DNA from: Phoronis australis
Taxonomy: Eukaryota > Animalia > Phoronida
Assembly (NCBI GenBank): GCA_002633005.1
Contig: NMRA01000718.1
Coordinates: 27,565-91,564 of the forward strand
DNA length: 64,000 nt
Direction of reading: 5' to 3'
Position 1 is the first letter of the stretch. Every line of letters starts with the position of its first letter. The notes under the pieces are model-generated. The model was not told where the DNA came from. It worked only from the letters and a program-made list of their open reading frames with translations, and made no database searches. Positions 38,786 through 52,342 of the stretch are shown one piece after another. The position numbers and the translations under genes are program-made.

Positions 38786-40319
38786 TGGACAACACCTGAA
38801 AATTAGCGTTCAGACGGTGACGAACCACCTTCATTTAGCCGACAGAAGCGTACGACTCCTGCAACGAAAACAGCTATGACCGCTGTCCATCGCCAAACCC
38901 GAACGAGATGGTGTAGGCATCACGTTCGCTGGAACCAGGAACAGTGGGGGACCGTGGTGTTTTTTGATGAGTCCTTTTGCTTGCGGTCCATGGCCAGGTG
39001 GAGACGGCGAGTTGAAAGATTTGCAAAGTGTTGCATTAGGCGCGAGACACCATACAATTAAGGTAGTGTTTTGGTGTGGGGAGGAATCTTCTTTAACGGA
39101 AGAACTCCACTTGTCCATCTACGAGAAAGTCTAAACGCCCAGCGCTCCCGCACTAAAGTCCTGACCTGGACTGCTATAGAACAGCTGTGGGACCAGCTTG
39201 GTCGACGAGCGCGTCGTCGTTTTACAAACCAGACCACATTGGACGATCTCCGGCGTCGGTTGGAACAGGAGTGGGCAGGAATCCCCCCAGTACAAGATTC
39301 AGCGCATAATTAGGAGTATGCCTGAGAGGTGCATGGTTGTGGTGAACGCTGGTGGCGACTTCACACGTTACAGATCGACTGTAACCGATCCGATTGGTGT
39401 TAAGTTATGGCAGGCCGCCATTTTGTAACTTTTGTTTTTGACTTATTTAACTTTATCGCCGAATTAAATTCGTTTTACTGTACAAATTTCTAACAAATGT
39501 GATATCAAAAAATATGTCTTGAACTACGCTTTCTCGTGGTGACACAGCTGTCATTTATTATTCCTTTGTCAAATTATCCTGAAAAGTATGAAGGGGATGT
39601 TACTTTTTGAGTAGTTTAGATAACAACACAAAGCCATGCTCATAATTCAACAGTGGTCCAGGGGCCTACTGTATCACACGTTGCGCGTCCAGTCGTAGCC
39701 GAATAAGACGGTCGTGGGCACGTGAGTACGAAAGCTGGGTAATTTATGACGCGCTTCAAATTGTAATAACTATAGTCATCTTCGATTATATTTATTACGC
39801 TTAGCAATCGCCTTCTTAACCACATTAAGTAAAAGACACCAAACCCTCTTTTGGTGATTTCACATAAGTACTGTTCTTTTGTCTAACACTGCGCAGTTTG
39901 TGCCTCGTAAAGTAATCAGATTATTAAAATATTCACGAAGTGGAGCCTGTATTTCAAAACGGTCGGCCTTCCTCACAGCCGCCTAAATCATCGTCCAAAT
40001 CGTTAGTCCATTCAATTGACCAGGAACTACGTGCACGAATTCACCATTGTGCTTGAAATTGAGGTGCTGTGTCCAAACTCCAACGATTCATCATGTTTTG
40101 AATACGCTCACTTTCTCGTTTACGTTGCTAAAATTGATGCTTAAGTGACGTATTGCGTCCTAAACAAAAATGCACAACTACAATAATTTTTGAAGAGCCA
40201 TCAAAGTGTGCAAGTAGTGAATATTTTACTGAATTCGATACGAACCGTGTTTTAGCATTAAACCAACGATTTTCTCCACAGGCTGTTATAATGTCGTTCT
40301 ATATACTTTGTTTGAGTTC

Positions 40320-41044
40320 AGTAGCGGATCTAGGATATCACGAGGGGGGGGGCCACATTTTGTCCGGCTGTAAGCATTTGTGCAAACCACGATTGTAGAT
40401 GCGCATAGCACCGAATGGGGAGAGGTCGGGAGGGGNNNNNNNNNNNNNNNNNNNNNNNNNNNNNNNNNNNNNNNNNNNNNNNNNNNNNNNNNNNNNNNNN
40501 NNNNNNNNNNNNNNNNNNNNNNNNNNNNNNNNNNNNNNNNNNNNNNNNNNNNNNNNNNNNNNNNNNNNNNNNNNNNNNNNNNNNNNNNNNNNNNNNNNNN
40601 NNNNNNNNNNNNNNNNNNNNNNNNNNNNNNNNNNNNNNNNNNNNNNNNNNNNNNNNNNNNNNNNNNNNNNNNNNNNNNNNNNNNNNNNNNNNNNNNNNNN
40701 NNNNNNNNNNNNNNNNNNNNNNNNNNNNNNNNNNNNNNNNNNNNNNNNNNNNNNNNNNNNNNNNNNNNNNNNNNNNNNNNNNNNNNNNNNNNNNNNNNNN
40801 NNNNNNNNNNNNNNNNNNNNNNNNNNNNNNNNNNNNNNNNNNNNNNNNNNNNNNNNNNNNNNNNNNNNNNNNNNNNNNNNNNNNNNNNCCCCCAACACAA
40901 AAACTGCACACATTTAAATCTTGTTTCATTCGTATAGTTTTAATTACTGGGGTTAATTAATAAACTCAACATTTCCCTACGCTCTTGCTGTTTCATTTTT
41001 TGCGGCAGTCAGAGGGGGGGGGGGCGCCCCCCCTAAATCCGCCT
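40320..41044. mobile_element. hAT-like MITE spanning an assembly gap
   Basis: Ends CAGTAGCGGATCTAGG and CCCTAAATCCGCC, with G/C-run subtermini as in 38391-38550. Confidence 0.55.
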
Positions 41045-43498
41045 TTTAAGAAATGGTCACGATAAATCGTCCTAGAATTCGCTTGACGGCCATATTGCCT
41101 TGGCGACTTTAACTTACCCGCGTGATCAGAAGCAAGTACGGATCACGTGACAGTTATTATTAAGCAGTAGAAGTCGGTTCTTATCCGGCTGGGTAAGAAG
41201 CAAGTTGAGACCAATATTATAACCACGACGTCTATGGTTATAACAGTAGGTAGCGAGAACCTCGCTAAAACGCACGCGACCACACTGCTATCTTTCTCGC
41301 AGGAGTCTTGCGTCCAGGTTAAAAATAACTGACTGAAACAAAAATGCGACTGTCGGTCTTACATGTATGTGCGACTGGGCTTACAACATCTACGGTCCTC
41401 AGACTCTCTAAACGTGGCACAGTGCGCCTCGACATCCATAGGTGTCGTGTTTTGAGGGTTTTTGCCCTCATCCGGTAGATATGCGCGAGGGTTTGAATCG
41501 AAAACTGAAAAGAAATTTATAAGAACTCTGTCGACCAAGCTCAGATTTGGTGAACTTGTGGCTCATTTCACGTGTCCAGAACGTGTTGTATGTTTGTACA
41601 ATTTCTATATCAAAATTGACCTGAACATCAGTCAAGCTTGGAATCTGCAGAATGACGAACGAGCTTAAATATCAATTAGTCTGAAGTACAACGTATGTTG
41701 GAAAAATAAATTATTGAGTACTCTTCATGAACCCAACTCGTTCATCAAACCCACATCCTGAGATGGCAGAAGGATGAATTTAAAAACCTTGGCATTAAGC
41801 AGCGAGTCTACCAAATGAATTATGAATCTCGTTTAATTTTGCAGAACAAATTTGTAATGCTGACCCAAAAATAGAACACTTTACGTTTGCAAGCGGGTAA
41901 TTACTAACAAGACATTTCTAACTGGAGTCAAGTCGAGGCATGCTGGGTAAAATGCTAGCGTTTTCGCTAACACTTCCAAGAATGCCAGTCACTTTTGCTG
42001 CGTTTTGCTGGAGGTTTGAATAACCCCGAAACTACTAGGCTAAGCACTTTTGTAGGCAGTCGGCTTACTTCAAAGAAAACACATGCGCAGGGATGAGGGG
42101 CCGTTGTCGTGACAGAGAGTGGACGTGTTTTGACAACTTTTGATTAAAAACGACTCAGGTGGTGAGGAAAGAACCTAACTGCGGACAAAGATTACTCCTT
42201 CGCGGACAGTCGTCTGTCGGGCTAAAACGCTGGTGTTTTCGCTAGCGTTTCTGTTATCACCCGAAATAATTTCGCTTGCACTGCTTATTAGCGGTATGAC
42301 ACTTTCCCATTGGGAAAACTCCATTGTGTGGCAACCAATGCGACTCCACCGCGAATGACGCCAATGTGATCAGTATTACTCTTAGTCATATCTGTTCTCT
42401 TATTCAGTTACATGGGGCTATTGAAAGCGAGAACCACGAAAGTCTCGTTGAGTTTTGCGTGACTGATGTCGCGACCGCAAGTGATTATTCCAGGCGACAG
42501 AGCTACGCAACTCCTCATTTTAATACGGGGGTTGTGATGGTTAAATAACACCGGAAGTAATGTTTTTTCATACAGAGGAACTCCGCAAAACAGAGGAGTT
42601 GCGTTATAGGTGGGAAAGCGACATTAGCCTATTTAAAGTGACATTATCGGCGAGAAAAATCAGCGCGGAAAAGAACCTGGAACCTTTGCGGTGGCAGTCA
42701 GGCAAACGTTGACTAAGCTAAATTCCATTCAATAAAGGCAAATTATTTCAAGCCTATTTTACAGGAAAACTCATCGACGTTTCGGAGAATGTCTGGCAGA
42801 CATCGGTGATTTATAATAAAATCACAAAACAACCTATTCTGATCCACTGGCGCTCGAATTTCCCGATGACTCATAAAACGATCCAAGTAAATTAAGCATG
42901 AAAAAAGTTTGACAACACAAAATCAAATCTGTTAAAAATCTATTCTAGTTCGTTGACATCCAGCGAACCCCGGCAGAATAAAATGTTGGAAAATGTAATT
43001 TCTTGCACCCAAACTTAAAGAACATAAGTAGACAAAGAATCGTATTCATTTTATACTGAATCAAAGTAGAGAGATTGAGAACCCTATCAAAATAAAAAAC
43101 AAATCTTTTCGATGTCTTAACAAATGAGAATTAAAAAGGGACAAAAAGTTTCGTAATTAAAGCGACGCAAATCTCGCTGCATTTGCGTAAGATTCTCAAA
43201 CACTATCGAGATGCGTCATAGCCAACAATGGCATGTATGACGCGGTATTATAAATGCGTGATAATTCAGGCTCACAACGCTTTGCGAAACCTAGCTAATA
43301 ACGCCTAAAATAGTTACTCTTTTGTCGGCTGTAAAAAGATTTCCTTTAAGCAACAGAGAAATATCGTGAAAGAGCCGGAGCATAACCATAAATTTAGAAC
43401 GTCGTAAGAAATCAATCCTCCAAGCTTATACTGTGGTATCACGAGAAAAAAATTCTGTATAATGATAACCTGGGCTCCATTCCAAGAAAACTGACTGA

Positions 43499-44348
43499 CT
43501 CTGACTCTGACCCTAGACATTGTCCATCCACTGCAGGATGTAGCTCTCCGACAATGCCTTCCAATTTGTCCTGTCTCTTGCCGCTCTCATCCACGTTGTG
43601 CATCTCGTCTTCACGATGTTATCTGTCCATCTGGCATGGGGCCATCCTCTTGATCTCTTTCCATATCTGGGTTGCTACTCTGTGCATCTTTTTGTCCATC
43701 TGTTGTCCTGTGCTCTGGCGACGTGTCCATTCCACCTCCATTTCAATTTCAGAATTGTCTTGATTATGTCCATGACTCCTGTTTGTTCCCTTATCTCTGT
43801 GTGTGGAATCCTGTCTAGTAGCTTTATTCCAACCATTTTTCTCTCCATTGCTCTCTGTGTTGTTCTTAGCTTGGCAATTGTCTGTTTTGTTAAGGTCCAT
43901 GTTTGGCATCCATAGGTGATTGTGGTGATGATGCACTGGTCAAATACTTTTCTTTTCAGGGATATGGGTATGTTCTTATCTTGGAGTATTTCTCTGTTTT
44001 TTCCAAAGCAACTCCATCCAGCTCTTATTCGGATTTGTATTTCATTGGTCATACGGTTTCCCATTTGTATAGTTTGTCCCAGGTATTTATATTGTGTGAC
44101 TCTTTCAATGATCTTGTTCTCCACCATTATCTGTTCATCTGTTTCAAAATTTGTCATGTACTTTGTCTTGTCCTTGTGTATCTTTAATCCCACATTGTTG
44201 CTTTCTTCATTCATTATATTTAAATTTGTTTCTAATTGTGTTATGTCTTCTGTGCACAAAGCAACATCACCTGCAAATCTTAGGTCTGTTAGATGTTCTC
44301 CGTCTATGTTTACTCCCCTTTGAAGGTCTGAAGATTTTAAGATTTCCT
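43499..44348 (-). mobile_element. 5'-truncated RTE-clade non-LTR retrotransposon (C-terminal half of RT)
   Basis: GVNIDGEHLTDLRFAGDVAL (FADD mutated), GLKIHKDKTKYM, YKYLGQ, RIRAGW, YGCQTW, LKWRWNGHVAR. Short (GTCAGA)n-like tail and a probable CTGACTGA TSD at 43491-43498 and 44349-44356. Confidence 0.93.
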
Positions 44349-46110
44349 CTGACTGAGCTAAAAACAAATCTTAAATTTCAAACAATTTTAAACGTCTCAA
44401 GTCCGTTTCATGAAAGAGATTTTAAGTTCAACTTAATTTTTTACTGAAGTTTTATCTTAATTTTGACTGACTTACCGAATGTAGAAGTTTCAAAATTTGG
44501 AAGTTGAGACAAATCTTAGTCTTTAATCAAAATGAATATCTACAAAGTCGCCTCAGTGCAGTTGAGAAACTAACCTTGTTTATGAGCTGAGTATTGGCTA
44601 GCCTCGGTGGACATAAATGTGTTGGTTTATGGCTGCTGCACGCGTTGTGTGTTGTTGCGCGTATATTGTTGCACTTGTATTGTTACACTTGTATTATTGC
44701 ACGTGCATTGTTGGAGCACTTGTATGGTTGTTACACGTATATTGTTTCTGCACTCGTATTGTTGCAGAATGTGTATTCTTATATAAAATTCGATCTTTAT
44801 TTGTACGAAAGTCAGCAAACTTTTACATAATTACGCTACAACGAGACCAATAAGATGCACCCGTTTAAAATGGTGCCAAAATCGAAGCTTGTCATTTCCT
44901 TTGAAAAGTTGGGGTTTTACACAATTTTAAAGGACCTTAGTTGACAACGACAACGACTTCTTAACACCTTTCTTAATTTGACATCAAACGCATTGTTGTT
45001 GGGTCTTAATTTAGAGCCTCACTTGCCAATGCACAGCTGGGATCGGTTACATAAAACTTCAAAATTGTCCGCTGGATAAGTTTGATTGTTGTAGGACGTC
45101 AGGTGCATTGTTAACAAATGTGGCACGTGATAATGCAACGTCATTGTTGCCATACGGCGTACAACTGGGCCCTGGTTAATTAAACCATTATCCGTTTCTT
45201 CATTAGCAGACTAATTTGTTTTCACAGAAAGATTTGCTTTGTACGTAGAAGTTTTCAAGAGCGTGAATCAATAAACCTCGTAGGAGTATATGGGTAAACA
45301 AACAGCATCGTCACGAGAACTGTTTTGATCAGAACAAATGCGCATTGTTTTCTCCAAAACAATCTAAATTGCACCAATATAAGGTAACAAATAGTTCTCA
45401 ATGTGCGTCTACTACCGTGCTGCGCATGCGCCAAGGCGAAGAGGTCTTATTCACCGTGGTCTCTAATTTGAGAAGATTTTATGTAGTAATTTACAACAAG
45501 GGCAATGATTTCATCAAGTGCTCACGGAATTAAATGGAAATGCTAGCGTTCGAACTTGAAGCATTCAGAAGGGTAACACTCACCTGCCATAGGTGAATAA
45601 AAGCCGTTGTTGAAAGTCTGTGAAGAAAAGGAATATTGTCTTTACCCGCATTAATAAAATCATGAAATAATGTCGTTCATGTATATCTTTGCATTGCCAG
45701 GTCATCTTAGCGACCCTTTCGGAACACTTCGGGTATTTTCGAGCCTCAAATTTAACATCGAAGGTGAACGTTAGTGCGCATATACGGACTTCAGTCATAA
45801 AGCCGATCAGTCAACTGGTTATGTGACTTGCAGTATGACTGAAGTCCACACAGGCTCAGAAAACGTTCATCTCATTGGCTACGAAAATACCCGAAATGTT
45901 CCTGATAATCTGCCACCGACCCATCGGCAAAACCTCAGGGTATTGACAGAATATCAAATTATTGTTCTGTGCATGGTCGAACTTCAGTCATTACAGCAAA
46001 GGGATTTGGTCACGAGATCGCGGTTTCAGCTGCAGAGACCTCCAAAGTCGCACAGTGTATACGGCGATAACTCTGCATGATCAGTGTGCCAAACTATGCA
46101 ATGTTAAGTC

Positions 46111-46917
46111 TAGCCAGCCAGCTAGCTGTATGAAGACTGTCGTCAAAATACACCTAGGTACCATTTAGCCAGCCAGCTAGCTGTATGAAGACTGTCGTCA
46201 AAATACACCTAGGTACCACTCTGTGTATTTCTTCCGTAGACCCCGAAATTGTACACAGCCAGGGTAGTTCTGCTCGTTACCTCGCCGTGAAACTTGTATC
46301 AACATGTAAAGCTAAAGACCGGACGGGGTGCATACAAAATGTGGGAATCAACCTTGCCCGTTACAGCCGTTTAAGTGAAAAACAATGCAATAAACGTCAT
46401 TTACTTGCGTAACTTTCCACCTTTTCTAACAATGAAAAGTATGTCGTTGTTTTGAAAACATTACTCTCGTGTCACGCGCACGCACCATTTCCTAAGTTTT
46501 TGCGACATCTCTCGGGAGATGATGATAGCTTGGCAGCAGCAAAATTTCTTCTGAAAAACGGTTTTTCTGTATCAAAATTCTAAAATCTTATAATGAAGTG
46601 AAACCAGTTCCAATAATTTGTTGTGACGTGTACGCAACCTCGTGAAAAAAGAACAGTTGATTGAGGAATCGGCGAAAAAAGAAACTGGCCAATAGGTGAC
46701 GCAATATTTCATGGCGCCGAAAGCCGTCGCTAAAGATCGCTCCACAACTTTAGCAGCAGAATAACGGTAGAACGCCATTTTCTCCAACACCGTTAAATAA
46801 TTCAGTATACTCAAGGAGGACTGTAGTTTTTAATGACACTAATTTCGTGTCAGATTTTATCTTACCACTTTTTTACCCACATCGGTGCAAAGCTGTATAT
46901 TTAGTATACAGCTTTGT
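46111..46917 (+). mobile_element. Interspersed element family copy (see 12140-12795) with an internal 55-bp tandem duplication (46111-46218)
   Basis: Block-wise identity to 12140-12795. Terminal hairpin CAAAGCTGTATATTTAGTATACAGCTTTG. Confidence 0.8.
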
Positions 46918-47443
46918 ACCAAGACTATGTTAAGTCTTGCTTAAGTTAAGCGCATTCGACATTTTGCAAACGTGCAGAAATGAAATTTTTGCAAAAGCTA
47001 CTTTGAGACTTTGAAAATACCCGAAGAGTTCCGCATGGAACCAGCTACCTGCGGCGGAAACCATTTTAGTAGTCTTACTAATAAGTCACCCTGTAAATGC
47101 AGCCGTAATGCCTAATTTCTGAAACTGGAAGCCTGTTCAAACACGTCTATGATCATCAAATATTTGTTTAGTTTTCTTCCAGGTTGTGTATGAAGGAAAT
47201 TACTCTTCGATAAATTTAAAGAGTTCCCACCATGACCAAGTGTCTCAAAAAGAATTTTATTAATGCATCTTAATAGATTTAATAACCTTTAATGTACCTG
47301 TTGCAAAGAAACACGTCAAGTTGTTTTTTAAAAAACGTTTTTCTGTTATCGGGGTTGTACGTAATGGGTGGAAGACCGTCTCCGCTAAAGTTGTTTTTAC
47401 CAGTGTGATACTGAGGAGTTGCGGAGAGCCGCTTTTTTCAGAC

Positions 47444-47800
47444 ATGAAAAGATGCGTTTATGGAGGCTGTAGTAATAGCAGCTTGTATGAGAACGTCTCT
47501 GTGCTCAAATTTCCTAAAGACGTGAAAGTTGAACAGAAATGGTATCGGTTTGTGTGTCGTACGAGAGTGTGGAATGTCAATGTGGAACGTGCCATTCAGT
47601 CGGGAGCCAGCCTTTGTTCGGCACATTTCAAGGAATCGTGTTTCGACCAAATAGAAAAGCTGCGTTACGATGATTTAAGTGTATTTGAAAATTTTATAAA
47701 CAACAAACAAACTGTTTCCATTCCAGGGCGAGTGATGCCAGGTTCTCATCCCCGGCTCAGATCGAGTGCTACGACACGTAGACTTATGCATTGTCGTTAG
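47444..47800 (+). other. Uninterrupted THAP-domain ORF (118 aa), probably transposon-derived
   Basis: MKRCVYGGCSNS..VSVLKFPKDVKVEQKWYRFVCRTR..SLCSAHFKESCF has intact C2CH, FP, W and F but no clear AVP box. Confidence 0.8.
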
Positions 47801-47959
47801 ACCGTGCTCATTTCATCATGGCAATCGTGAATACGACTGACCCAGGTTTACTGTGGCCTTTTTACTTATCAGTGATTATTAAGTGATTTTTTTGCATAAA
47901 TGTTGTCCATTTCTCGCTCAAAATCTCCCTCGTCTTCTGATCTGCTGTGCTCCGTCATT

Positions 47960-48150
47960 GTCATTGATTGTTATGTGACCAAACGTCTTCCACCATCAGC
48001 CGCAGCCACTGGTTTTACTTATCGCGGACATTTCTTCTTGATTATGTATGGAACATGGTGTCCTTGTTCATCCATTGATATTCAAAAAGCTTCTCCTTTT
48101 TCGTAAGACATTAGCACATGCGCTTCACAACAGTGGAAATTTGCCGACAT
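47960..48150 (-). pseudogene. Degenerate THAP-like N-terminus
   Basis: Across frameshifts: MSANFHCC..ACANVLRK..KLFEYQWMNKDTMFHT...NQWLRLM. Similar to the remnant at 54390. Confidence 0.5.
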
Positions 48151-50989
48151 TATAACTTCAGGAAAGGTGTTAAACGCGTTTCTACCAGTAGGTTGAAATC
48201 TCCCCTCCCCATTACATGGGAATATGTAGGTGGCGCTGACCGCTTGTCCACTAAAGACCTGATCGCCACCTGGCGAGTTAGTGAATTTTGATATGGCGGC
48301 GCAGCTATTTCGAAAGTCAGCCACTAATCTAAAATCCTATACACCCGGCTAAGACCAATATCCCGGCCATAGCTTTCAAAGTATAAGCAAAAGCATCGAG
48401 CGAGAAGGAACTGCATGCTCTCGTGCGATAACTGGACAGTGACAATAAGTTACAGACATTTTAGAATCAGACGCTCCCGTAGAATTCAATCAAACGTCCG
48501 GGAAACTGGTAAGCTTGATGAACGAGTTCACAGCAAGGTGGTTGCCTGTCAACCGTTTTCATTTCTTTTGTCATACTTGAGCGTAGTAAAATGACATGCA
48601 AATTCATTGGCATGACGACCACTAGGTACCAAAGCAATGAGAAATTATACAACAGTAAAGCATCAGTTTAATGAAAGCTGAAGATTTGAAAGTTGATGTT
48701 TTTAGCAGTGTCACGTTTGTTGCAGTAAAAAATGAATGAAAAGGCCCCATGCACAGGTGTTAATGACATTAAGAACTTGTTCGGGGATAATTTATCACAT
48801 GGTTTAGAAACTGGGCAACAGTGTCTGGTGTTAAAAAGTAGATGTAGCGAAAATGTCGGCGCATATTTGCAAATGGTAAGGACAACTACGGAAGAATAAC
48901 AAGCACACCAGCTTTTGATGTTTGCTCCGAGTTGGGCATTACAGAGACTTGTTTGGGAACAATCTTGCCAGCCTGCAATCAGCCCGCTTGTGAGGAGATT
49001 CAGTGTGCTTTACTAATTGGAGAAAACACCACAGCGGGACAATGAAACAGTGACGTAACTTGCTTTTCTCAAAGGATTAGTGCGGTTCCGGATCTTGCGC
49101 TCACCTGTCAATCATTGTTAGCAGTAGGCGGCGCAAGGAAGAGAATACGTCCCCTCAGGAAAAGGCAAAAACAAAACTTTGTGAAAAATAAGACAAATTC
49201 ACCGTTCAGGCACCATTTTAATCGAATATAAAACCAAATAAACTGAAGAAAACTCAAAAAGACCAAGTTCGTGAAAGGAAACCGATCTTTTAAACCTTGA
49301 CTCACACAAATCAACAGTTCAGCATGCCCTACCAATTACTTCAGTGGTGGCCAGCAATGCTTTGAGCTTATTATGGAATGACTTGCCTTTCACTAACGTG
49401 ATTTTGTGCGATTTCGTAAGAAACTCGGGCGGGTAGTTAGTAGAAAATAATTTGGAAACAAAATTCATTGAGTGGGAGAAAAGCCCGAGACGACTCCGAC
49501 GAAAGTCTCGAAGAATGGCGATGATGCGAAGTGGTGAGGTAGGCGGCTCCATGAGGGTACAGGCAGTAAATATGGCTATGTCTGTTTCAGGATAATTCAA
49601 GACAGCCCCATAGAGGTGTTTCCATGGAGACTGCTGCTTTCCATTCCACGTTTAACAAAATTGTAAGTAAAAAGCATACAGGTTGTGAATGTGTCAAAAA
49701 GGGCTACAGTGTAGCTTTCGTACATAGAAATTAACGTTTAGGGATTCTTTGAAAAAGTCGCATTTGAATCTTTTGTGAGAACATTTGTAAGTGCTTTACA
49801 GTCAACAACAACACTAAGAACTGAAAATGACTATATTATCGTAGATGTGCCATACAGTGAAAGCTTTGTTGGGCAAGCTGTTGCACGGTTGTTTTCATTT
49901 TATTTTCAGAAATTTCTTGAACGCCTCGTGGACGAAGTTGAGGCTAAGACTTTTGCAAAGCATTTACTGACTTCATTGCTTGATGTACTTTGGATGTTTT
50001 TCCACTACACCCACCCCAAATGCCTTAGATTTGTACATGATGTACCCATTTAGTGCAATTGCAACCATATACTTTGCAGTATTGTGCGATTTGTTCTGGC
50101 TATAGGTTTCACCCCCTATCAATGATTTCAAATCAGCTGATCTGCTACCAAATACAAAACACAAGCAGGCACACGAGCTCAGAAGACTTGTTTTACAGAC
50201 GGACCGTGCTGACACCAGTGTTTAGTCTAACATGCCCGTAATGGCGTGACCTCAATATGGCGCTCCCCAGGAATTCGGCAGTTTAGGTAATGGAATCCGT
50301 GAATGGATAATCGTAATGCCGGTTGTGGCAAACCTTGAAATGTGTCGTGAACTCGTGTCATTAAAACGTTCTATGTTTAGTCCGTAGAAAACAGATTACT
50401 GATAATTTTTACTCCCATCCGCTTCCCTTGTCTGCACTTTCTAAAAATAAGGAGTGCCTACATCCGTGTGTTGACACGCAATATATTTTAAGACATCAAG
50501 GGTTGATTCTAGATTCCCTGCCTGCCTTAAACTGCTATTAAAAGGAATATGCATCTAACTGAGTAACCACGACGATAACTGATCTTCGATAAGAGTGATT
50601 CCTACGCACCACCAGGGCTAACGCAGTTTTTTCCAACATTTCGGACAACGAGATAATGTCACTAGGGGCTCGCTTCTATGAAGATGAACTAGATACAGGG
50701 TGATATCTAGGCCATAGTCATTTTACAGATGAATTGCTTCTTTTTTCCGTTTATCATTCCACTGTACGGACACAACAATATTCCCGTGTCACATGCGGCA
50801 TACTCATACAATTTGAAAATTAATTAAAATGCTTAAAGCCACCATTTGCCTTGTGAGTAAATTGTCGCCGTCATTTAACCTTCGTTTTTGTGGCTCTGTA
50901 TATCACAACCATAACAAAAAGAGAGAGTAGAAGGGCGAATTTGTAAATGAAAGTTTCTTAGATCTATGCACACGAGTGTCACGTATACA

Positions 50990-51153
50990 TAAACTTCTCC
51001 AGCGCCATTGAATTGTGTCCCAAATGTGAGAGTTTCTTGTTCAAACTTGTGACACATCCGCGCTTCTCTGGTGTACCACGGGAAAGTGAGAAGAGACAGA
51101 GCATGCTCAAATATTGAGTTTTCACGGCCACTACAAATGCAGCGCCTCGCCAT
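50990..51153 (-). pseudogene. Degenerate THAP-like N-terminus
   Basis: MARRCICSGRENSIFEHALSLLTFPWYTREARMCHKF parallels MKRCVYGGCSNSSLYENVSVLKFPKD..KWYRF at 47444; the second zinc-ligand Cys and the conserved Trp are replaced. Confidence 0.55.
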
Positions 51154-52098
51154 TTTTCATTATACCATAAACCATGGGAAAACGAGCAATATTTGAAGAC
51201 TTTTCACTTTAAACACAATGGAGAATGGCCAAAGCTGTGTTTGGTTGTTCTAATTCTATGTAGTATGTATTGAATAACAAGTGCTCGTTAGTCGGGATCA
51301 GCTAATTAACATATCGAAAGATAGCGTTTGCGGGTATTCTACTATGACAACTGATGGGGTTGTTTTTTTGTGTCTTTTGGTGGTTTTTAGCACAACACGT
51401 CAATAAAATCAAATCTGGCGCCAAAGTTTTCCCACAAGGCAAAGCACTATCGTTTTATCAATCCAATCGACCGACTGAGCTGTCTTTCGTACTACTAGAC
51501 AGATTTAGACAAAGTTAAATAAACATCTTCAGTTGCCAGAATTATTTTGCGGTTTAGACGAACTTTTGTAGTTTTTGTCAGAGTTTTATGTGATGTGATT
51601 GCGCCTAGCCACTTATTGTTTATTTATGTGATGGACTTGCACAGTAAGGTCTCGCGATTTGGAAAACCAGCTGTCGAGATTTTATTAAAATTTTATCATA
51701 ATTGAGCCCAATTCTGTTGGAAAAAATATGGATATTAAGTCGCGGTTTTTGCACCGAAATGTAGTCGAGTTTCAACGTTGACCAGGTTATCTTAAAAACT
51801 ACTACACATTGTATCGTAAAAGTAAGACATTTTTGCCAGAACGAGCGATGAACCTTGCGACGACATGCAAGGCGGTACATTGTCCTTGGTTCAGCCTGTG
51901 GATTGATCAATTGCAAGGCCATCCAAGTCTGTCAGCGACTCATTGCAAACACTGTGACCATCCACAATTTTTATTGGTTGTTTTTAATGGGAATGCTAAA
52001 GGATAATATTAAAACTCATCAACGTCTTTTCTCCTATGAAATAACATTTAAATGAAGCGAGAAGGCAAACGAAGAATTAGTGAAATATTTATATGCTG

Positions 52099-52342
52099 CA
52101 TGCGCGCACCCAGCCTTTAATATGGGGGGGGGTTCGAATCTCTGACAAAGCAGACGTTTTGCTAACAAAAAAGCGGGAGACTAAAAAAACGAGATACCAC
52201 CTTCAGGTCTGTGAACTGTGCGTCTGCGCTTTTTAGTGGACTTTTGTCTCGTTTTCTCGGACTTTTTGTTTCTCTGAGGCGGACCTTTTTACCCATTTCT
52301 CCAAATTGGGGGGGGGGGGGGCNCCACCTGGGTGTGCGCATG
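52099..52342 (+). mobile_element. 244-bp MITE
   Basis: TIR CATGCGCGCACCCAG...CTGGGTGTGCGCATG. Second copy at 38562-38785. Confidence 0.8.

Larger units (their letters stand above)
38195..39371 (+). pseudogene. Tc1 transposase pseudogene
   Basis: HTH QREVADIFGVSVTIVKRL..RNGRLRAT; WGTVVFFDES; VWGGIFFNGRTPL; IEQLWDQLGRR; RSMPERCMVVVNAGGDFTRY. The middle catalytic segment is deleted and the gene is interrupted at 38391-38785. Confidence 0.92.
37699..39616 (+). mobile_element. Degraded Tc1-family transposon with nested MITEs
   Basis: TIRs TA|AACTACTAAAAAAAGTAACGCCTCCTTCA and TGAAGGGGATGTTACTTTTTGAGTAGTT|TA with a TA TSD. Transposase remnant inside. Confidence 0.88.

Noticed and set aside
43554-44323. 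Several overlapping plus-strand hydrophobic ORFs
   Set aside because: They are antisense shadows of the RTE reverse transcriptase frame.
44630-44780. Cys/hydrophobic-rich ORFs at 44594-44853
   Set aside because: They derive from a degenerate TTG/GTATTGTT low-complexity tract.
49910-49984. Candidate extra LRR exon (NFLNASWTKLRLRLLQSIY*LHCL) after a strong acceptor
   Set aside because: It has an in-frame TGA in the required phase and a weak donor, and the gene model reads well without it. At most a dead exon.
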